Source: Victivallales bacterium | Lineage (GTDB): Bacteria > Verrucomicrobiota > Lentisphaeria > Victivallales > GWF2-38-69 | Reading direction: 5' to 3' | NCBI GenBank assembly: GCA_021733985.1 | Contig: JAIPJT010000008.1 | Span: 13,092 to 77,091 of the forward strand | Length of the DNA: 64,000 nt | Position numbers and translations under genes: made by a program | The notes under the pieces: generated by a model | Told to the model about the DNA's origin: nothing | Databases searched by the model: none | What the model saw: the letters and a program-made list of their open reading frames with translations, nothing else | Shown: positions 48,848-62,140 of the stretch, piece by piece | How positions within the stretch are numbered: position 1 is the stretch's first letter | Layout: every line of letters starts with the position of its first letter

Positions 48848-51800
48848 ATGGCTGAACGTGTTAACTACGGTAAACTTCGAGAAGTACTTGAAGTACCCAA
48901 TTTAATAAATGTACAATTAGGATCGTATACAGAATTTCTGCAGATGGATGCCCCACCCGAAAAAAGAAAGAACCAGGGCCTCCAGGAAATATTTTTGGAA
49001 ATATTTCCCATCGAAAGCTATGATCAACAATATGTACTTGATTTTGTTTCTTATTCAATTGGCAAACCTAAAATAAAAATTATTGACTGCCTTAAAGACG
49101 GTGAATCATACAGTGCGCCTCTCCATGTCGAACTCAGAATTGACTGTAAAGGAGAAATTAAAACAGAATCTGTCTATATGGGAGAAATCCCATTAATGAC
49201 AGAAAAAGGGACCTTTGTTATTAACGGTGCAGAACGTGTTATTATTAGTCAGCTCCACCGTTCCCCAGGCGTTTGTTTCGAAAAGAAACAACATACCAGC
49301 GGAAAAACACTGTACTCGTTTAGAATTATTCCTGACAGAGGATCATGGCTTGAAGTGCAGTATGACATAAATGACAATATTTTTATTTTTCTTGACAGAA
49401 GAAGAAGAAGAAGAAAATTTCTTATCACTACTTTGATGAGGGCTATCGGTTTTAGTACAGATCGGGAAATAATTGAACAAATTCACGAAATTGTTACAAA
49501 AACCCCGGCTTCGCTGTCAAAAGAAAAAGATATTTCCGTATATTATACCGTGGAAGATATCACAGACTCAGACGGGGAAGTTATTATCCAGGCATACAGC
49601 GCTCTTACCGAACATGCTTTAAAAGAAATAAAAGTACAGAAAATTAAAAAACTAAACCTGGTGTATATTCCCAATAAAGCTGATTATCTTTTGAAATGTT
49701 TGAGACGTGATCCTTCCTCAGACACAGACGAAGCATTAAAGGAAATATACAGAAGAATGAGGCCGGGCGATCCACCCAGCATAAATAACGCTAAACAGCT
49801 TTTACAGCGCCTTTTCTTTGATGTGAGGCGTTACGACCTCGGGCTGGTTGGTAGATATAAAATTAATCAAAAATTTGGTTTAGACACTCCTGATAATGTT
49901 AGAACTTTGACCAATACCGACCTTATTGGAGCAACAAAATACCTCATTAATCTTAAAGCAACGGCCGGAGCGGTTGATGATATTGACCATCTGGGCAACC
50001 GCAGAATCCGGACTGTCGGAGAACAGATACAGAACCAGTGTAGAATTGGTCTGGTAAGGACAGAGAGATTAATTAGAGAACGAATGACTCTTCTCGGTAT
50101 GAATGACTCAAATGTTACACCCGGAAAACTTGTTAATCCTAAAGCATTTGCAAGCGTAATAAGAGATTTCTTTGCCCGAAATCAGCTTTCTCAGTTTATG
50201 GATCAGACAAATCCGTTATCAGAAATGACGAATAAACGCAGGTTAAGTGCTTTAGGGCCGGGCGGACTGAATAGAGAAAGAGCAGGTTTTGAGGTCCGTG
50301 ATGTGCACAGCAGTCATTACGGCCGCATTTGTCCTATTGAAACTCCAGAAGGACCAAATATCGGTCTCATATCATCTGTTTCACTTTATACAAGAGTAAA
50401 TGAATTTGGTTTCCTTGAAACTCCTTACAGGGTGGTCAAGGACAAAATAGTTTCTGACAAAATAGAATATCTAACAGCGGACGTGGAAGAGGAATATGTA
50501 ATTGCCCAGGCTAATGCGCCTCTTGATAAAGAAGGTAAATTTATAAATAAAACCGCAATGTCAAGATTTAGAGGCGATTCAATGGAAATCCCGACAGATA
50601 AAATTAATTATATGGACGTTTCGCCTAAACAGCTGGTCAGTGCTGCCGCTGGTCTTATACCGTTCCTTGAACATGATGATGCAAATCGGGCACTGATGGG
50701 TTCAAATATGCAGAGACAGGCAGTCCCACTGCTAACAACTGAATCTCCTTTGGTGGGTACTGGTTTAGAGCACCGCATTGCTGTAGATACAAAGGCTGTC
50801 TTAACTGCTGAAAAAGACGGTATAGTCGAATCAGTTAGCGGAGATAAAGTAGTAGTAACCTCCGACGGTAAAAGCCCTGAGCACACTGCTGATAAATCAG
50901 AAATACAGATATTTAATCTTTATAAATACCTCAGAACAAATGCCGGAACTTCTATTAACCAGCGTCCTATTGTACATTCCGGACAGAAGATCAAAGCCGG
51001 TGACGTTGTAGCCGACGGTGCAGCAACAGACGGAGGAGAACTCGCTCTTGGTAAAAACTTAACTGTAGCATTTATGCCATGGGGGGGATATAATTTTGAA
51101 GATGCTATTGTAATCAGTGAGAAAGTTGTAAAAGAGGATATTTATACGAGTATTCATGTTTCAGAATATGAAACATCAGCCAGGGACACAAAACTGGGTC
51201 CTGAAGAAATTACTCGTGATATCCCGAATGTAAGTGAAGAAGCTCTCAAAAATCTCGGTCCCGACGGTATTATAAAAACAGGTTCTGAGGTTAGGCCTGG
51301 AGATATTCTGGTTGGGAAAATAACTCCGAAATCTGAAACTGAACTTGCTCCAGAAGAACGCCTTTTACGTGCCATTTTCGGTGAAAAAGCTGCAGACGTC
51401 AAGGATTCAAGCCTTACAGTTGGCAGCGGTACTTACGGTACAGTTATGGATGTACGAATCGAACACGCTAAATCAAGCAAAAGATCATCTATGACAAAAA
51501 CAGAAATTAGAAGGCAGACAAAACAAATCAAAGATAATGCAAAAGCTGAAATAGCTTCGTTGACTGAAGATTTAATTGAAGAATTTGCTGAATTTTTATT
51601 TAAAGAAAAATTGCCTCATCCGATTTTTGATGAATCATCATCTAAACCTGATATGGTTCTTATATCCTCCAACCGGAGGGTTACGATGAGCGGCATCAGT
51701 AAACTTGCCAATAAGTTCAGACATTACAGGATGAATGATTGTCCGATAAAACGTCAAATTGATGAAGTCATAGAAAAATATAAGCCCAAATTTGACAAAA

Positions 51801-52693
51801 TCGAAAGGGACAGAGACGAACAGATTGAATCAATTGAAAACGGACAGAATATCAAATTCGGTTCTATTAAAAAAGTAAAAGTTTATATTGCAACTAAGCA
51901 TAAACTGCAAGTCGGCGATAAAATGGCAGGAAGACACGGTAATAAAGGTATTGTTGCTAAAATCGTACCGGAAGAAGATATGCCTTTCCTTGATGACGGT
52001 GAACCGGTTGATATCGTGCTGAATCCTCTTGGTGTCCCGAGCCGAATGAATGTTGGTCAGGTCCTTGAAACACACCTGGGACTTGCTGCAAGACTTTTGA
52101 ACATCAAAACTTCAACTCCGGTATTTGACGGCGCAACAGAGGATCAAATTGTAGATTTACTTGTAAAAGGAAATGAACAATACGAAAAAGACAACGGCCG
52201 TAACCTTCATTTTGGTTTTATGAAAAAAGATGGAAAATGGGTTTTTGACGGAAAAGCCAATGTTTATGACGGAAGAGACGGAATAAAATTTGACCAGCGA
52301 ATCACTATAGGAAAAATATATATGCTGAAACTTGACCATCTTGTAGCCAATAAGCTGCATGCACGATCAGTAGGACCTTATTCGCTTGTTACACAACAGC
52401 CTCTTGGCGGTAAAGCACAGCATGGAGGCCAGCGTTTTGGTGAAATGGAGGTGTGGGCACTTGAAGCATATGGTGCTGCATATAGTCTGCAGGAAATGCT
52501 GACCGTTAAAAGTGATGATGTTGTGGGACGTACAAAAATCTACGAATCAATTGTTAAAGGCAAATGTTCTCTCGAACCCGGAAGGCCAGAATCATTCAAT
52601 GTTCTAATCAAGGAACTTCAGAGTTTAGGCCTTGATATTCAAATACTAAAAAAAGAAGATGAGCTTTCAACAGATGATAAGGAGACAGCATAA
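48848..52693 (+). CDS. rpoB: DNA-directed RNA polymerase beta subunit
   Basis: 1281-aa ORF with canonical blocks ([60 protein letters not shown]). Confidence 0.97.
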   Translation: MAERVNYGKLREVLEVPNLINVQLGSYTEFLQMDAPPEKRKNQGLQEIFLEIFPIESYDQQYVLDFVSYSIGKPKIKIIDCLKDGESYSAPLHVELRIDCKGEIKTESVYMGEIPLMTEKGTFVINGAERVIISQLHRSPGVCFEKKQHTSGKTLYSFRIIPDRGSWLEVQYDINDNIFIFLDRRRRRRKFLITTLMRAIGFSTDREIIEQIHEIVTKTPASLSKEKDISVYYTVEDITDSDGEVIIQAYSALTEHALKEIKVQKIKKLNLVYIPNKADYLLKCLRRDPSSDTDEALKEIYRRMRPGDPPSINNAKQLLQRLFFDVRRYDLGLVGRYKINQKFGLDTPDNVRTLTNTDLIGATKYLINLKATAGAVDDIDHLGNRRIRTVGEQIQNQCRIGLVRTERLIRERMTLLGMNDSNVTPGKLVNPKAFASVIRDFFARNQLSQFMDQTNPLSEMTNKRRLSALGPGGLNRERAGFEVRDVHSSHYGRICPIETPEGPNIGLISSVSLYTRVNEFGFLETPYRVVKDKIVSDKIEYLTADVEEEYVIAQANAPLDKEGKFINKTAMSRFRGDSMEIPTDKINYMDVSPKQLVSAAAGLIPFLEHDDANRALMGSNMQRQAVPLLTTESPLVGTGLEHRIAVDTKAVLTAEKDGIVESVSGDKVVVTSDGKSPEHTADKSEIQIFNLYKYLRTNAGTSINQRPIVHSGQKIKAGDVVADGAATDGGELALGKNLTVAFMPWGGYNFEDAIVISEKVVKEDIYTSIHVSEYETSARDTKLGPEEITRDIPNVSEEALKNLGPDGIIKTGSEVRPGDILVGKITPKSETELAPEERLLRAIFGEKAADVKDSSLTVGSGTYGTVMDVRIEHAKSSKRSSMTKTEIRRQTKQIKDNAKAEIASLTEDLIEEFAEFLFKEKLPHPIFDESSSKPDMVLISSNRRVTMSGISKLANKFRHYRMNDCPIKRQIDEVIEKYKPKFDKIERDRDEQIESIENGQNIKFGSIKKVKVYIATKHKLQVGDKMAGRHGNKGIVAKIVPEEDMPFLDDGEPVDIVLNPLGVPSRMNVGQVLETHLGLAARLLNIKTSTPVFDGATEDQIVDLLVKGNEQYEKDNGRNLHFGFMKKDGKWVFDGKANVYDGRDGIKFDQRITIGKIYMLKLDHLVANKLHARSVGPYSLVTQQPLGGKAQHGGQRFGEMEVWALEAYGAAYSLQEMLTVKSDDVVGRTKIYESIVKGKCSLEPGRPESFNVLIKELQSLGLDIQILKKEDELSTDDKETA

Positions 52694-55600
52694 TGCTCAA
52701 AAACAATATCAACTATAAAGAAATAAAGCATTCAGAAGATAATAAATTTGACTGCGTTTCAATAAATGTTGCATCTCCTGAAAGGATAAGATCCTGGAGC
52801 CATGGAGAGATTAGAAACCCCGAGACAATTAATTACAGAAGTTTCAAGCCTGAAAAGGGCGGCCTCTTCTGTGAAAGAATTTTCGGACCTACAAAAGACT
52901 GGGAGTGCAGTTGCGGTAAATACAAACGTATTAAATATAAAGGAGTAGTCTGTGACAGATGCGGTGTTGAAGTCACTGTTTCAAGAGTCAGGCGTGAGCG
53001 CATGGCCCATATCGAACTTGCTGTTCCTGTTTCCCATATCTGGTTCTTCAAATGCATGCCGACTCGTTTAGGGCTAATCCTTGATATGACTACCAGGCAG
53101 CTCGAAAGAGTAATCTATTATGAAGAATGGGTTGTTACAGACCCTGGCGATACTCCTTTGAATAAATGCCAGACTTTAAGCGAAATCGAATACAGAGAAG
53201 CTTTTGAACTTTATGGTCAGGACTCATTTTCTGCCGATATGGGTGCTTCTGCTATACATACACTCCTCGAGAGTATTGATATATCTTCTCTTCGCAATGA
53301 GCTTTCCGAGCAGATGTTCGCTACAAAAAGTAAAGCTATCAGAAAGAAACTGGCAAAACGACTGAGGCTTGCTGAAGGTTTTCTTACAAGTGATGCAAGA
53401 CCAGAATGGATGATATTGAAAGTACTGCCTGTTATTCCGCCGGAGCTTCGCCCACTTGTTCCGCTTGAAGGAGGACGCTTTGCAACTTACGATTTAAATG
53501 ACCTTTACAGAAGGGTCATTTATAGGAATAACAGACTTAAAAATTTATTGGAGCTGAAAACACCTGAAGTTATTATAAGGAATGAAAAGAGAATGCTTCA
53601 GGAGGCTGTTGATGCACTACTTGATAACGGACGTCACGGAAGAGCCATTACCGGTGCAGGAAACAGACCTTTAAAATCGCTAAGTGATATGCTAAAAGGC
53701 AAAGGTGGACGATTCAGGCAGAACCTACTTGGTAAACGTGTAGATTATTCAGGACGTTCGGTTATTGTTGTAGGCCCCGAACTCAAACTTGACGAATGCG
53801 GTATTCCGAAAAAAATGGCATTAACTCTTTTTGAACCGTTTATAATACGCCATCTTAAGGAACAGGGACATGTTCATACTGTAAGAAGTGCAAAAAAAAT
53901 GATAGAGCGCGGTGATGACATAGTCTGGGATATTCTTGAAAAAGTCACAAAAGGGCACCCGGTTATGCTAAACCGTGCCCCGACACTTCACAGATTGAGT
54001 ATTCAGGCTTTTAATCCGGTCCTAATAGAAGGTGATGCTATTAGAATACACCCTCTTGTATGTACTGCATATAATGCGGACTTTGACGGTGACCAGATGG
54101 CTGTCCATGTTCCAATGTCAAATGCAGCGCAAATGGAAAGTAAGCTTTTGATGCTTGCACCTAATAATATTTTTTCACCTTCGAGCGGTAAACCTATTAC
54201 TACTCCGTCTCAGGATATAACTTTAGGCTCATACTTTCTTACAGTTATGCCGCCTCAAAAAGCAGAAAAACATCCGAGAACCTTCTCTGACTATATTGAA
54301 CTGCTGCGCGCTCTTGATGCTAATATTATTGATATACATCAGCTTGTAAGAATCCCTAATCCGGATTCGGGAAAAGAAACAGTGTGGGGTCTTAAAAATG
54401 AGAAGTATATTGATACAACTGTAGGACGCTGTATTTTTAATGAAATATGGCCTGACAAACTTGGTTTCTTTAATGACGTCGCAGGTAAAAAAGCTTTAAC
54501 AACTCTTGTCGGTGACTGTTACGCTCATGCCGGACATAATGAAACAATTAAGCTTCTCGATAAACTGAAAGACTTAGGCTATAAATATGCGACTGTTGCA
54601 GGATTCTCTATATCTGTAGCTGACCTTAAAATTCCGAGTTCTAAAAAGCCTCTGATCGATGAATCACGAAGCAAAATTGAAAAAATAGAAAAACAGTACT
54701 CTAAAGGGGTAATTACAAAAGGCGAACGTATAAATAAAATTATTGATATTTGGAACAAAGCCACTAACGAAGTTACGAAAGAGCTAATTACCACTCTGGA
54801 ATCTGGAACTGAAACAGAAAGAATTAATCCTGTATATGCTATGCTGCACTCAGGAGCGAGAGGAAGTAAAGATCAGATACGGCAGCTTGCCGGTATGCGT
54901 GGTCTTATGGCAAAGCCATCAGGCGAAATTATAGAACGTCCTATCCTCTCAAGTTTCAGAGAAGGACTTACTGTCCTTGAATACTTCATCAGTACTCACG
55001 GTGCCAGAAAAGGCCTTGCCGATACTGCACTGAAAACAGCCGACTCAGGTTATATGACACGTAAGCTCGTTGATGTTTCACAGGATATAATCTGCAGAGA
55101 AGAAGACTGCGGAACAGTGAACGGAATCTGGGTAAGTCCGCTTTCAGACAGTGGAGAAGAAATTGTGCCGCTGAAAAAAAGGATTATAGGAAGATATTCA
55201 GCCAGAGATATTCCTGCTAAAACCGGAAACAAAGAGTTTGTTGTTAAAGCAAACGAGTATATAACAGAAGAGATAGCTGATAAAATACATAAGTTAGGCT
55301 ATGAAAAACTAATGATTCGTTCTCCTCTTACATGCGACTCAGAATATGGGATCTGCATAAAATGCTATGGAAGAAACCTTGCATCCAATAAGATGGCTGA
55401 ACTTGGCGATTCACTGGGAATAATCGCCGCTCAGTCTATTGGAGAACCCGGTACACAGTTGACTATGCGTACTTTCCATATAGGAGGCACTGCTTCCTCG
55501 TCAATGCAGCAGTCTACAATCATTGCTAAAAATCAAGGCCGTCTGCATTACAGTGATGCCCCGCGTTTTGTAACCGACAATGAAGGAAATGTAATTGTTG

Positions 55601-56862
55601 TTAAAGCCGGCTCTGTAAAAATATTTGACAAAGATGACAACCTTCTCGAAAAAAATGAACTTTTTCTTGGATCAACCGTTTACCATGATGAGGGAACACA
55701 GGTAAAAATAGGAGATCTTATTGCAAAATGGGATCCGTTTAATATTCCAATTATTTCCGAAGTTGAAGGTATTGTCGAGTTTAGGGACCTTATAGAAGGT
55801 ATTACACTTTCAAGACAGACCCGCGGAAGCGGTATTGAGGAAATTTCTGTGATGGAACACAGAGAAGATCTTCACCCTCAAATAGTTATTTTAAACAGTG
55901 AAGGTGAAATACTTGACCACCATCCTCTGCCTTCAGGTGCTATAATTATTATCAAAGAAGAGGAGAAAGTTCAACCGGGTACCGTTCTTGCAAGGATGCC
56001 GCGTCAGTTAGAAAAAACAAAAGATATTACCGGCGGACTCCCACGTGTAGCAGAACTGCTCGAAGCCCGTAGGCCCAAAGAACTTGCTGAAATAGCACGT
56101 ATGTCAGGTAGAATTGAAATAGGCAAAATGGGACGCGGGAAAATACAGCTTCTTGTCCATGATATTGAAGATCCTTCTCAGGTCGAAGAACATTCCATAC
56201 CTGCAAACAAGCACCTCACAGTAAGAAAAGGCGATATTGTCAAAAAAGGTCAAAAACTAACTAATGGGTCAGTTGACCCTCATGACCTTCTTGAAATTTG
56301 CGGACAACAAGAGCTTCAGGAGTATCTTGTAAATGAAGTTCAGCTTGTCTATAAAGCTCAGGGTGTAGAGATAAATGATAAGCATATTGAAATTATTGTT
56401 AAACAAATGCTTCAGAAAGTAAGGATAACCGAATCCGGAACAACTAAATTCCTACCGGGGGAACAGATTGACCGAAGAAAATTCGTAAAAGAAAACTTCG
56501 AAGTAGCCCAAAGCGGGGGGACTCCGGCCGAAGCGGACCCTGTTCTACTCGGCATCACTAAAGCTTCACTTGAAACTGAAAGTTTTATTTCAGCAGCTTC
56601 ATTTCAGGATACAACAAGAATCCTGACAGATGCCTCAACCCTGGGTAAAATAGATGAACTTCGCGGATTCAAGGAAAATGTTATCACGGGACACCTTATT
56701 CCTGCCGGCACTGGCAGCGATGAATATTCTAATCTTATTGTCAAAAAACTGGCAAATGAAATAGAGCTTGAAAAAGATACTCCGATGGTAACATCTGAAT
56801 CTCAGGCAGATAAAAAAAGCTCTGCCGAAGAAATATTATCTATTAATAACGAAGAAAATTAA
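52693..56862 (+). CDS. rpoC: DNA-directed RNA polymerase beta-prime subunit
   Basis: 1389-aa ORF. Start overlaps the rpoB stop (TAATG). Zinc motif [20 protein letters not shown], catalytic [12 protein letters not shown], and the trigger-loop region. Confidence 0.97.
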   Translation: MLKNNINYKEIKHSEDNKFDCVSINVASPERIRSWSHGEIRNPETINYRSFKPEKGGLFCERIFGPTKDWECSCGKYKRIKYKGVVCDRCGVEVTVSRVRRERMAHIELAVPVSHIWFFKCMPTRLGLILDMTTRQLERVIYYEEWVVTDPGDTPLNKCQTLSEIEYREAFELYGQDSFSADMGASAIHTLLESIDISSLRNELSEQMFATKSKAIRKKLAKRLRLAEGFLTSDARPEWMILKVLPVIPPELRPLVPLEGGRFATYDLNDLYRRVIYRNNRLKNLLELKTPEVIIRNEKRMLQEAVDALLDNGRHGRAITGAGNRPLKSLSDMLKGKGGRFRQNLLGKRVDYSGRSVIVVGPELKLDECGIPKKMALTLFEPFIIRHLKEQGHVHTVRSAKKMIERGDDIVWDILEKVTKGHPVMLNRAPTLHRLSIQAFNPVLIEGDAIRIHPLVCTAYNADFDGDQMAVHVPMSNAAQMESKLLMLAPNNIFSPSSGKPITTPSQDITLGSYFLTVMPPQKAEKHPRTFSDYIELLRALDANIIDIHQLVRIPNPDSGKETVWGLKNEKYIDTTVGRCIFNEIWPDKLGFFNDVAGKKALTTLVGDCYAHAGHNETIKLLDKLKDLGYKYATVAGFSISVADLKIPSSKKPLIDESRSKIEKIEKQYSKGVITKGERINKIIDIWNKATNEVTKELITTLESGTETERINPVYAMLHSGARGSKDQIRQLAGMRGLMAKPSGEIIERPILSSFREGLTVLEYFISTHGARKGLADTALKTADSGYMTRKLVDVSQDIICREEDCGTVNGIWVSPLSDSGEEIVPLKKRIIGRYSARDIPAKTGNKEFVVKANEYITEEIADKIHKLGYEKLMIRSPLTCDSEYGICIKCYGRNLASNKMAELGDSLGIIAAQSIGEPGTQLTMRTFHIGGTASSSMQQSTIIAKNQGRLHYSDAPRFVTDNEGNVIVVKAGSVKIFDKDDNLLEKNELFLGSTVYHDEGTQVKIGDLIAKWDPFNIPIISEVEGIVEFRDLIEGITLSRQTRGSGIEEISVMEHREDLHPQIVILNSEGEILDHHPLPSGAIIIIKEEEKVQPGTVLARMPRQLEKTKDITGGLPRVAELLEARRPKELAEIARMSGRIEIGKMGRGKIQLLVHDIEDPSQVEEHSIPANKHLTVRKGDIVKKGQKLTNGSVDPHDLLEICGQQELQEYLVNEVQLVYKAQGVEINDKHIEIIVKQMLQKVRITESGTTKFLPGEQIDRRKFVKENFEVAQSGGTPAEADPVLLGITKASLETESFISAASFQDTTRILTDASTLGKIDELRGFKENVITGHLIPAGTGSDEYSNLIVKKLANEIELEKDTPMVTSESQADKKSSAEEILSINNEEN

Positions 56863-56954
56863 AAATATTATTTGTATAAATTAAAAATAATTGTAAATTA
56901 AGTTCCTTTTGTTGCGAGAATTATAATAATTTATAAATAAATATAGGTAAAAAT

Positions 56955-57329
56955 ATGCCGACAATAAATCAATTAATAAGAAAAGGCAGAAAAACAAGGG
57001 TTGCCAAGAAAAAGGCAAGAGCTTTGGAAAGATGCCCACAACGCAGAGGTATTTGTACACAGGTAACAACCAGAACACCAAAAAAACCAAACTCTGCTTT
57101 AAGAAAAGTTACTAGAGTTCGTTTAACGAATGGCGCAGAAATTACAGCTTATATTGGCGGAGAAGGCCACAATCTCCAGGAACATTCTGTAGTCCTGGTA
57201 AAAGGCGGCCGGGTAAGAGACCTTCCAGGTGTACGCTATCATGTCGTAAGAGGGGCTTTAGACAGCCTTGGAGTGAGCAAGCGTGGACGTGGTCGTTCAA
57301 AATACGGTACTAAAAAACCCAATAAATAA
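56955..57329 (+). CDS. rpsL: 30S ribosomal protein S12
   Basis: 124 aa: [12 protein letters not shown]...[11 protein letters not shown]. Confidence 0.96.
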   Translation: MPTINQLIRKGRKTRVAKKKARALERCPQRRGICTQVTTRTPKKPNSALRKVTRVRLTNGAEITAYIGGEGHNLQEHSVVLVKGGRVRDLPGVRYHVVRGALDSLGVSKRGRGRSKYGTKKPNK

Positions 57330-57361
57330 AGCTTAATAATTCTTAAATAATTTAATTTTTA

Positions 57362-57400
57362 AAATCTGTCGGTGTCAAATGACGACGACAGATTTATTTT
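57362..57400 (+). terminator. Terminator-like hairpin (possible attenuator) between rpsL and rpsG
   Basis: AAATCTGTCG (57362-57371) pairs with CGACAGATTT (57386-57395). The stem extends through TGTC/GACG around an AAAT loop with one G-A mismatch. Followed by ATTTT. Confidence 0.45.
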
Positions 57401-57445
57401 CATTAAAGAATATAGTTTTTTAATATTATAAAGAGGTTATAAAGC

Positions 57446-57916
57446 ATGAGAAGGCGTAAAGCTGAAAAAAGAGAACTGATTCCTGATGTTAAATATAACA
57501 GTGAATTGGTAGCAAGACTTATCAACACAGTAATGGAGCGGGGGAAAAAATCAACCGCACAGGGTATTGTATACGGTGCATTCGATATCGTTGCAAAAAA
57601 GAAAAAAGACGTTGAACCGCTGGAACTTTTTATTCAGGCCCTTGATAATGCAAAGCCAAGGCTTGAAGTAAAAAGCAGACGTGTTGGCGGGGCAACTTAT
57701 CAGGTCCCTATCGAAATTCATTCTGACCGTCAGATTGCTCTGGCACTTGGATGGATGACTACTTTTGCTAAAGGAAGAAATGGCATGTCTATGAAAAGGG
57801 CATTAGCTGCAGAACTTCTGGATGCATTTGAAAACACAGGATCAACTGTAAAGAAAAAAGACGACACTCATAAAATGGCTCAGGCTAATAAAGCTTTTGC
57901 ACATTTTCGCTGGTAA
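57446..57916 (+). CDS. rpsG: 30S ribosomal protein S7
   Basis: 156 aa: MRRRKAEKRELIPDVKYNSELVARLIN...RRVGGATYQVP. Confidence 0.96.
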   Translation: MRRRKAEKRELIPDVKYNSELVARLINTVMERGKKSTAQGIVYGAFDIVAKKKKDVEPLELFIQALDNAKPRLEVKSRRVGGATYQVPIEIHSDRQIALALGWMTTFAKGRNGMSMKRALAAELLDAFENTGSTVKKKDDTHKMAQANKAFAHFRW

Positions 57917-57945
57917 AAATGAACATAAAAGGTAGTTGAAACAAA

Positions 57946-60075
57946 ATGGGTATAATGCTCGAAAAAAATAGAAAAAAAAATGCTGAAGAATCGGCAAGTC
58001 GGATAACCCCTCTGCCGAAAGTACGTAATATAGGTATTATAGCTCATATCGATGCTGGAAAGACAACTACTACCGAGAGAATTTTATATTATACAGGAAT
58101 AAATTATAAACTCGGTGAAGTTCATGAAGGGACTGCCACAATGGACTGGATGTCTCAGGAACAGGAAAGAGGAATAACAATTACTTCTGCAGCAACAACC
58201 TGTAACTGGGAAAACAACAAAATTAATATTATTGACACCCCTGGCCATGTGGATTTTACCGCTGAAGTAGAAAGATCTCTAAGAGTACTTGACGGCGCCG
58301 TCGGTGTTTTTTGTGCTGTCGGAGGTGTTCAGCCTCAGTCGGAAACTGTCTGGAGACAGGCAAAACAATATAATGTTCCGCTCCTTGCGTTTATTAATAA
58401 AATGGACAGAACCGGAGCAGATTTTGATAAAGTTGTTGAAGAAATCAGAGATAAACTGAATATTACTGCGGTTCCATTGCAGGTACCAATCGGAAAAGAA
58501 TCCGACTTCAAAGGCATTATCGACATTTTAGAAGAACAAACTGTTTTCTTTGACATTGATGAATACGGCTCAAAGGTAAGGATAGATTCTATACCCCCTG
58601 AACATTTTTCAGAAGTAGCTGAAGCTAAAAACTATTTAGTTGAATGCCTGGCTGAAGTAGATGAAGAAATAATGGACCTTTATCTTAACGATGTGGAGCC
58701 GGATATTAAACAAATTAAAAAAGCTTTAAGAAAGTCCGTTATTAAAAATGAAATAGTCCCTGTTTTATGCGGTGCAGCTTTTAAAAACAAAGGTATACAG
58801 CCGTTATTAGATGCAATAGTAGATTATTTACCTTCCCCACTGGATATTTACAGTTTTGAAGGTATTGACCCCAGGACTGAAAAACCAAAGATGATTCAAG
58901 TTGGCGATGACAAGCCTTTTGCAGGATTGATATTTAAAATAATGAATGATCCATATGTAGGTAAACTTACTTTTTTTAGGGTATATTCAGGAATCGCTTC
59001 AAAAGGAATGAAGCTTTTTAATCCCAGAACAGGAAAAACTGATCGTCTCGGAAGAATACTTCAGATGCATGCTAATACAAGAGAAGATAGAAGTTCAGTC
59101 TTCAGTGGAGATATAGCTGCTGCTGTAGGACTCAAAAATGCAACAACAGGCGATACAGTCTGTTCACAGCATGACCAGGTTGTTCTGGAATCAATCATCT
59201 TTCCAGAACCTGTTATATCAATAGCCATCGAACCAAAAACTTCATCGGAAAGAGATAAACTTTATACTGCTCTCGGACATTTATCGGATGAGGATCCGAC
59301 TTTTAAAATAAAAACCAATGAAGATACAGGTCAAACAATCATATCAGCCATGGGTGAGCTTCATCTTGAAATTATAAAAGACCGATTAATCAGAGAATTT
59401 AAAGTAGAAGCTAATACTGGCCGTCCGGAAGTTGCTTATCGGGAGACTGTATCCTGCACTTCAAAAGGAGAAGCCAAATTTGCAAAACAGACCGGCGGTC
59501 ATGGGCAGTATGGTCACGTTATTTTAGAGATCGAACCTTGTGATAGAGGTTATGGTATAACTTTTGAAAATAAAGTAACCGGTGGAAATATTCCCAAAGA
59601 ATATATTAAACCGATAGAAACAGGAATACTGGAAGCAGCAAAAAGCGGGCTTCTTGCAGGTTATCAGGTGACTGATTTTAATGTTAATATACTTGACGGT
59701 TCATATCACCCTGTAGATTCATCTGAACTGGCTTTCAATATAGCCGGTTCCCTTGCTTTTAAGGAAGCCGCCAGAAATGCTTGTATTAAAATTTTAGAAC
59801 CAATTATGAAACTTGAAGTTACGGCCCCTGAAGCTTCTATCGGAGACATCATTAGTGATATCTCCGGAAGGCGCGGGAATGTCGTAGAAGTTGATACTGG
59901 AGCTGGGAGCAATATCTCAAAAATTATAGCCAATACACCGTTGGCTGAACTTTTTGGATATGCAACTACTCTTCGCTCCATTACAAGAGGAAGAGCCACT
60001 CACACTATGGAACCTTCAAGTTTTGAGTGTGTTCCAACAATTATTCAGCAACAAATTGTGGAGAAAAATAAATGA
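57946..60075 (+). CDS. fusA: Elongation factor G
   Basis: 709-aa ORF: [37 protein letters not shown]. It has an N-terminal extension of about 20 aa compared with typical EF-G. A start at the internal Met (57955) is possible. Confidence 0.95.
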   Translation: MGIMLEKNRKKNAEESASRITPLPKVRNIGIIAHIDAGKTTTTERILYYTGINYKLGEVHEGTATMDWMSQEQERGITITSAATTCNWENNKINIIDTPGHVDFTAEVERSLRVLDGAVGVFCAVGGVQPQSETVWRQAKQYNVPLLAFINKMDRTGADFDKVVEEIRDKLNITAVPLQVPIGKESDFKGIIDILEEQTVFFDIDEYGSKVRIDSIPPEHFSEVAEAKNYLVECLAEVDEEIMDLYLNDVEPDIKQIKKALRKSVIKNEIVPVLCGAAFKNKGIQPLLDAIVDYLPSPLDIYSFEGIDPRTEKPKMIQVGDDKPFAGLIFKIMNDPYVGKLTFFRVYSGIASKGMKLFNPRTGKTDRLGRILQMHANTREDRSSVFSGDIAAAVGLKNATTGDTVCSQHDQVVLESIIFPEPVISIAIEPKTSSERDKLYTALGHLSDEDPTFKIKTNEDTGQTIISAMGELHLEIIKDRLIREFKVEANTGRPEVAYRETVSCTSKGEAKFAKQTGGHGQYGHVILEIEPCDRGYGITFENKVTGGNIPKEYIKPIETGILEAAKSGLLAGYQVTDFNVNILDGSYHPVDSSELAFNIAGSLAFKEAARNACIKILEPIMKLEVTAPEASIGDIISDISGRRGNVVEVDTGAGSNISKIIANTPLAELFGYATTLRSITRGRATHTMEPSSFECVPTIIQQQIVEKNK

Positions 60076-60407
60076 GCGCAAAAACTAAAAAAAATTTAAA
60101 ACAACGTATCAGAATCAGATTACAGGCTTTCGACCATAGAGTACTGGATAAATCTGTAAAAGACATCGTCGGAACAACAACAAGAACCGGTGCTGTTATT
60201 GCAGGCCCAATTCCATTGCCAACAAAAATCGAAAGAGTTACTGTTAATCGTTCACCGCATGTCAACAAAAAATCAATGGAACAGTTCGAAACAAGAATTC
60301 ATAAAAGGCTGATGGATATAATTAATCCAACGGCAAAAACAATCGACGAACTGAAGAAATTAAATCTCCCGTCAGGAGTGGACATTTCTATTAAAGTTGG
60401 TTTTTAA
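60072..60407 (+). CDS. rpsJ: 30S ribosomal protein S10
   Basis: 111 aa. Start overlaps the fusA stop (ATGA). [21 protein letters not shown]...GPIPLPT. Confidence 0.95.
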   Translation: MSAKTKKNLKQRIRIRLQAFDHRVLDKSVKDIVGTTTRTGAVIAGPIPLPTKIERVTVNRSPHVNKKSMEQFETRIHKRLMDIINPTAKTIDELKKLNLPSGVDISIKVGF

Positions 60408-60481
60408 TAAATTAATTGTTAAGCAGTAAACGGCACCAATGCTATTGTTTCCAATTGTGGTATGTGCCATGGAGGTTTATT

Positions 60482-61126
60482 ATGAAAGGTTTAATTGGAA
60501 AAAAGATGGGGATGACCCAAATTTACGATGAGACAGGAAGAATTTCACCTGTAACAGTCCTGGAAGTTGGCCCGTGTACGGTTTTAGACCAGAGGACTGA
60601 AGAAAAAAACGGTTATTCAGCTTTGCAGCTCGGATTTGGAAAAAAGAAAAGTAAAAATGTCACCAAAGCTGTTAAAGGACACTGTGAAAAAAGTGGAAGG
60701 AATGAGAATCCACCGGCTTATATAAAAGAAATAAGATTAGATAAAGATTCAGAGCTTGAAACAGGTTCTGAAATCAAAGCAGATATTTTTAATGTAAATG
60801 AATATGTTGATGTCACCGGTACAATTAAAGGCCGTGGTTTTCAGGGTGTTGTAAAAAAATATAATTTCGGGGGCGGCCGTTTTTCCCACGGGGGCGGCTG
60901 GAAAAGAAAACCCGGTTCAATTGGACAATGCGAATTCCCAGGACGCGTAGATAAAGGAAAAAAGATGCCCGGCCATATGGGAAATGTTCGTCGTACAATT
61001 CAAAACCTGAAAATAGTTCGTGTAGACGCTAATGACAACCTTATCTTTATAAAAGGTGCTGTACCGGGTCCTACCGGCGGCGTTATTGTTATTCGTTCAG
61101 CTAAGAAAAAAACAGCAGCTAAATAA
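60482..61126 (+). CDS. rplC: 50S ribosomal protein L3
   Basis: 214 aa from the ATG at 60482, with GGAGG RBS at 60471. MKGLIGKKMGMTQIYDETGR is the canonical L3 start. The track start at 60416 adds non-homologous residues. Confidence 0.93.
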   Translation: MKGLIGKKMGMTQIYDETGRISPVTVLEVGPCTVLDQRTEEKNGYSALQLGFGKKKSKNVTKAVKGHCEKSGRNENPPAYIKEIRLDKDSELETGSEIKADIFNVNEYVDVTGTIKGRGFQGVVKKYNFGGGRFSHGGGWKRKPGSIGQCEFPGRVDKGKKMPGHMGNVRRTIQNLKIVRVDANDNLIFIKGAVPGPTGGVIVIRSAKKKTAAK

Positions 61127-61139
61127 GGATCAGTAAACC

Positions 61140-61763
61140 ATGGAAAATAAAATAAATATTTTAAATAAAGAAGGCCAGCCGATTGGCGAATTCAATATTG
61201 AAGATAAGTGGATAGAACTGGAGAAAGGTGAACAGGCTGTTCATGATGTAGTTACTGCTTTCAGAGCTGCCCTGAGGTCAGGTACCGCTTCAGCTAAAAC
61301 ACGTTCAGAAATTAAAGCAACCGGAGCAAAGCCTTATCGTCAGAAAGGTACAGGAAGAGCAAGACAGGGATCCTCAAAAAGCCCGATACTCGTTGGCGGC
61401 GGTGTAGCGTTCGGCCCAAAACCACGGACTTATTATAAGAAAATAAATAAAAAGGTCCGTAAACTTGCCCTGAAACGTGCTTTCAGCGAAAAAGTAAAAG
61501 ATGAAAATGTTCATATTGTCGACCAAATAGATTCTCCTGATTACAAGACAAAGAATGCTGCAGAGCTTCTTAAAAAACTTAAGCTTAATAGGAAAACCTT
61601 AATCGTTGTAAAAGATTATTCTGACAATACTCTTATGGCAACAGGAAATCTTGAAAATGTTCTGCTTATGAAAGCTGCATCTGTAAACGTTTATCAGTTA
61701 CTGAATAACAACAACATTCTTTTTTCTGAAGATGCAATAAAAGATTTTGTTGAAAGATTATAA
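61140..61763 (+). CDS. rplD: 50S ribosomal protein L4
   Basis: 207 aa: KPYRQKGTGRARQGS...GGGVAFGPKPR. Confidence 0.93.
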   Translation: MENKINILNKEGQPIGEFNIEDKWIELEKGEQAVHDVVTAFRAALRSGTASAKTRSEIKATGAKPYRQKGTGRARQGSSKSPILVGGGVAFGPKPRTYYKKINKKVRKLALKRAFSEKVKDENVHIVDQIDSPDYKTKNAAELLKKLKLNRKTLIVVKDYSDNTLMATGNLENVLLMKAASVNVYQLLNNNNILFSEDAIKDFVERL

Positions 61764-61785
61764 AAGCACATGGAGGGCTAAAAAA

Positions 61786-62070
61786 ATGTTTAATCCATAT
61801 TCAATTATAGATACTATTTTAATTACAGAAAAAACGATGGATCTTAAAGATTCATCAAAGTATGTATTTAAAGTTGATAAAAAAGCAACAAAGGTAGATA
61901 TTGCCCGCGCAGTAGAAAACATTTACAATGTAAAAGTTCAGGATGTAAACGTTTTGAACCATAAGGGAAAACCCAAAAGACTTGGCCAGAGATCCCTTAA
62001 AATGGGACGCACTGCAGCTACAAAAAAGGCAATAGTTACATTATCCGAAGGCGAAATAGAAGTATTATAA
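61786..62070 (+). CDS. rplW: 50S ribosomal protein L23
   Basis: 94 aa from the ATG at 61786, with GGAGGG RBS at 61772. ILITEKTMDLKDSSKYVFKVDKKATKVDIARAVENIYNVKV. Confidence 0.9.
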   Translation: MFNPYSIIDTILITEKTMDLKDSSKYVFKVDKKATKVDIARAVENIYNVKVQDVNVLNHKGKPKRLGQRSLKMGRTAATKKAIVTLSEGEIEVL

Positions 62071-62078
62071 TTAATAAG

Positions 62079-62140
62079 CCTTCTCCCCCCGAATAAAAAC
62101 AGGGGGTCTCAAGGGCTGCGGGGATATCCTAGCTCGCAGC
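62079..62140 (+). other. Two adjacent G+C-rich hairpins in the unusually long rplW-rplB spacer
   Basis: Hairpin 1 (62079-62114): CCTT-CT-CCCCC, loop CGAATAAAAACA, GGGGG-TCTC-AAGG. Hairpin 2 (62115-62140): GCTGCG, 14-nt loop containing the palindrome GGATATCC, CGCAGC. The spacer is 113 bp, whereas neighbouring genes abut or overlap. Confidence 0.5.

Noticed and set aside
50608-50886. Antisense ORFs of 60-140 aa inside rpoB, rpoC, icd, acn, fusA, the RND pump and other large genes
   Set aside because: They are typical shadow ORFs on the opposite strand of strongly supported long genes. None has an RBS or a recognisable motif.
57946-60075. Absence of a second tuf gene after fusA as an anomaly
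   Set aside because: Many bacteria carry a single tuf located in the tRNA-tuf-secE-nusG cluster, as here. This is not unusual enough to report as a finding.
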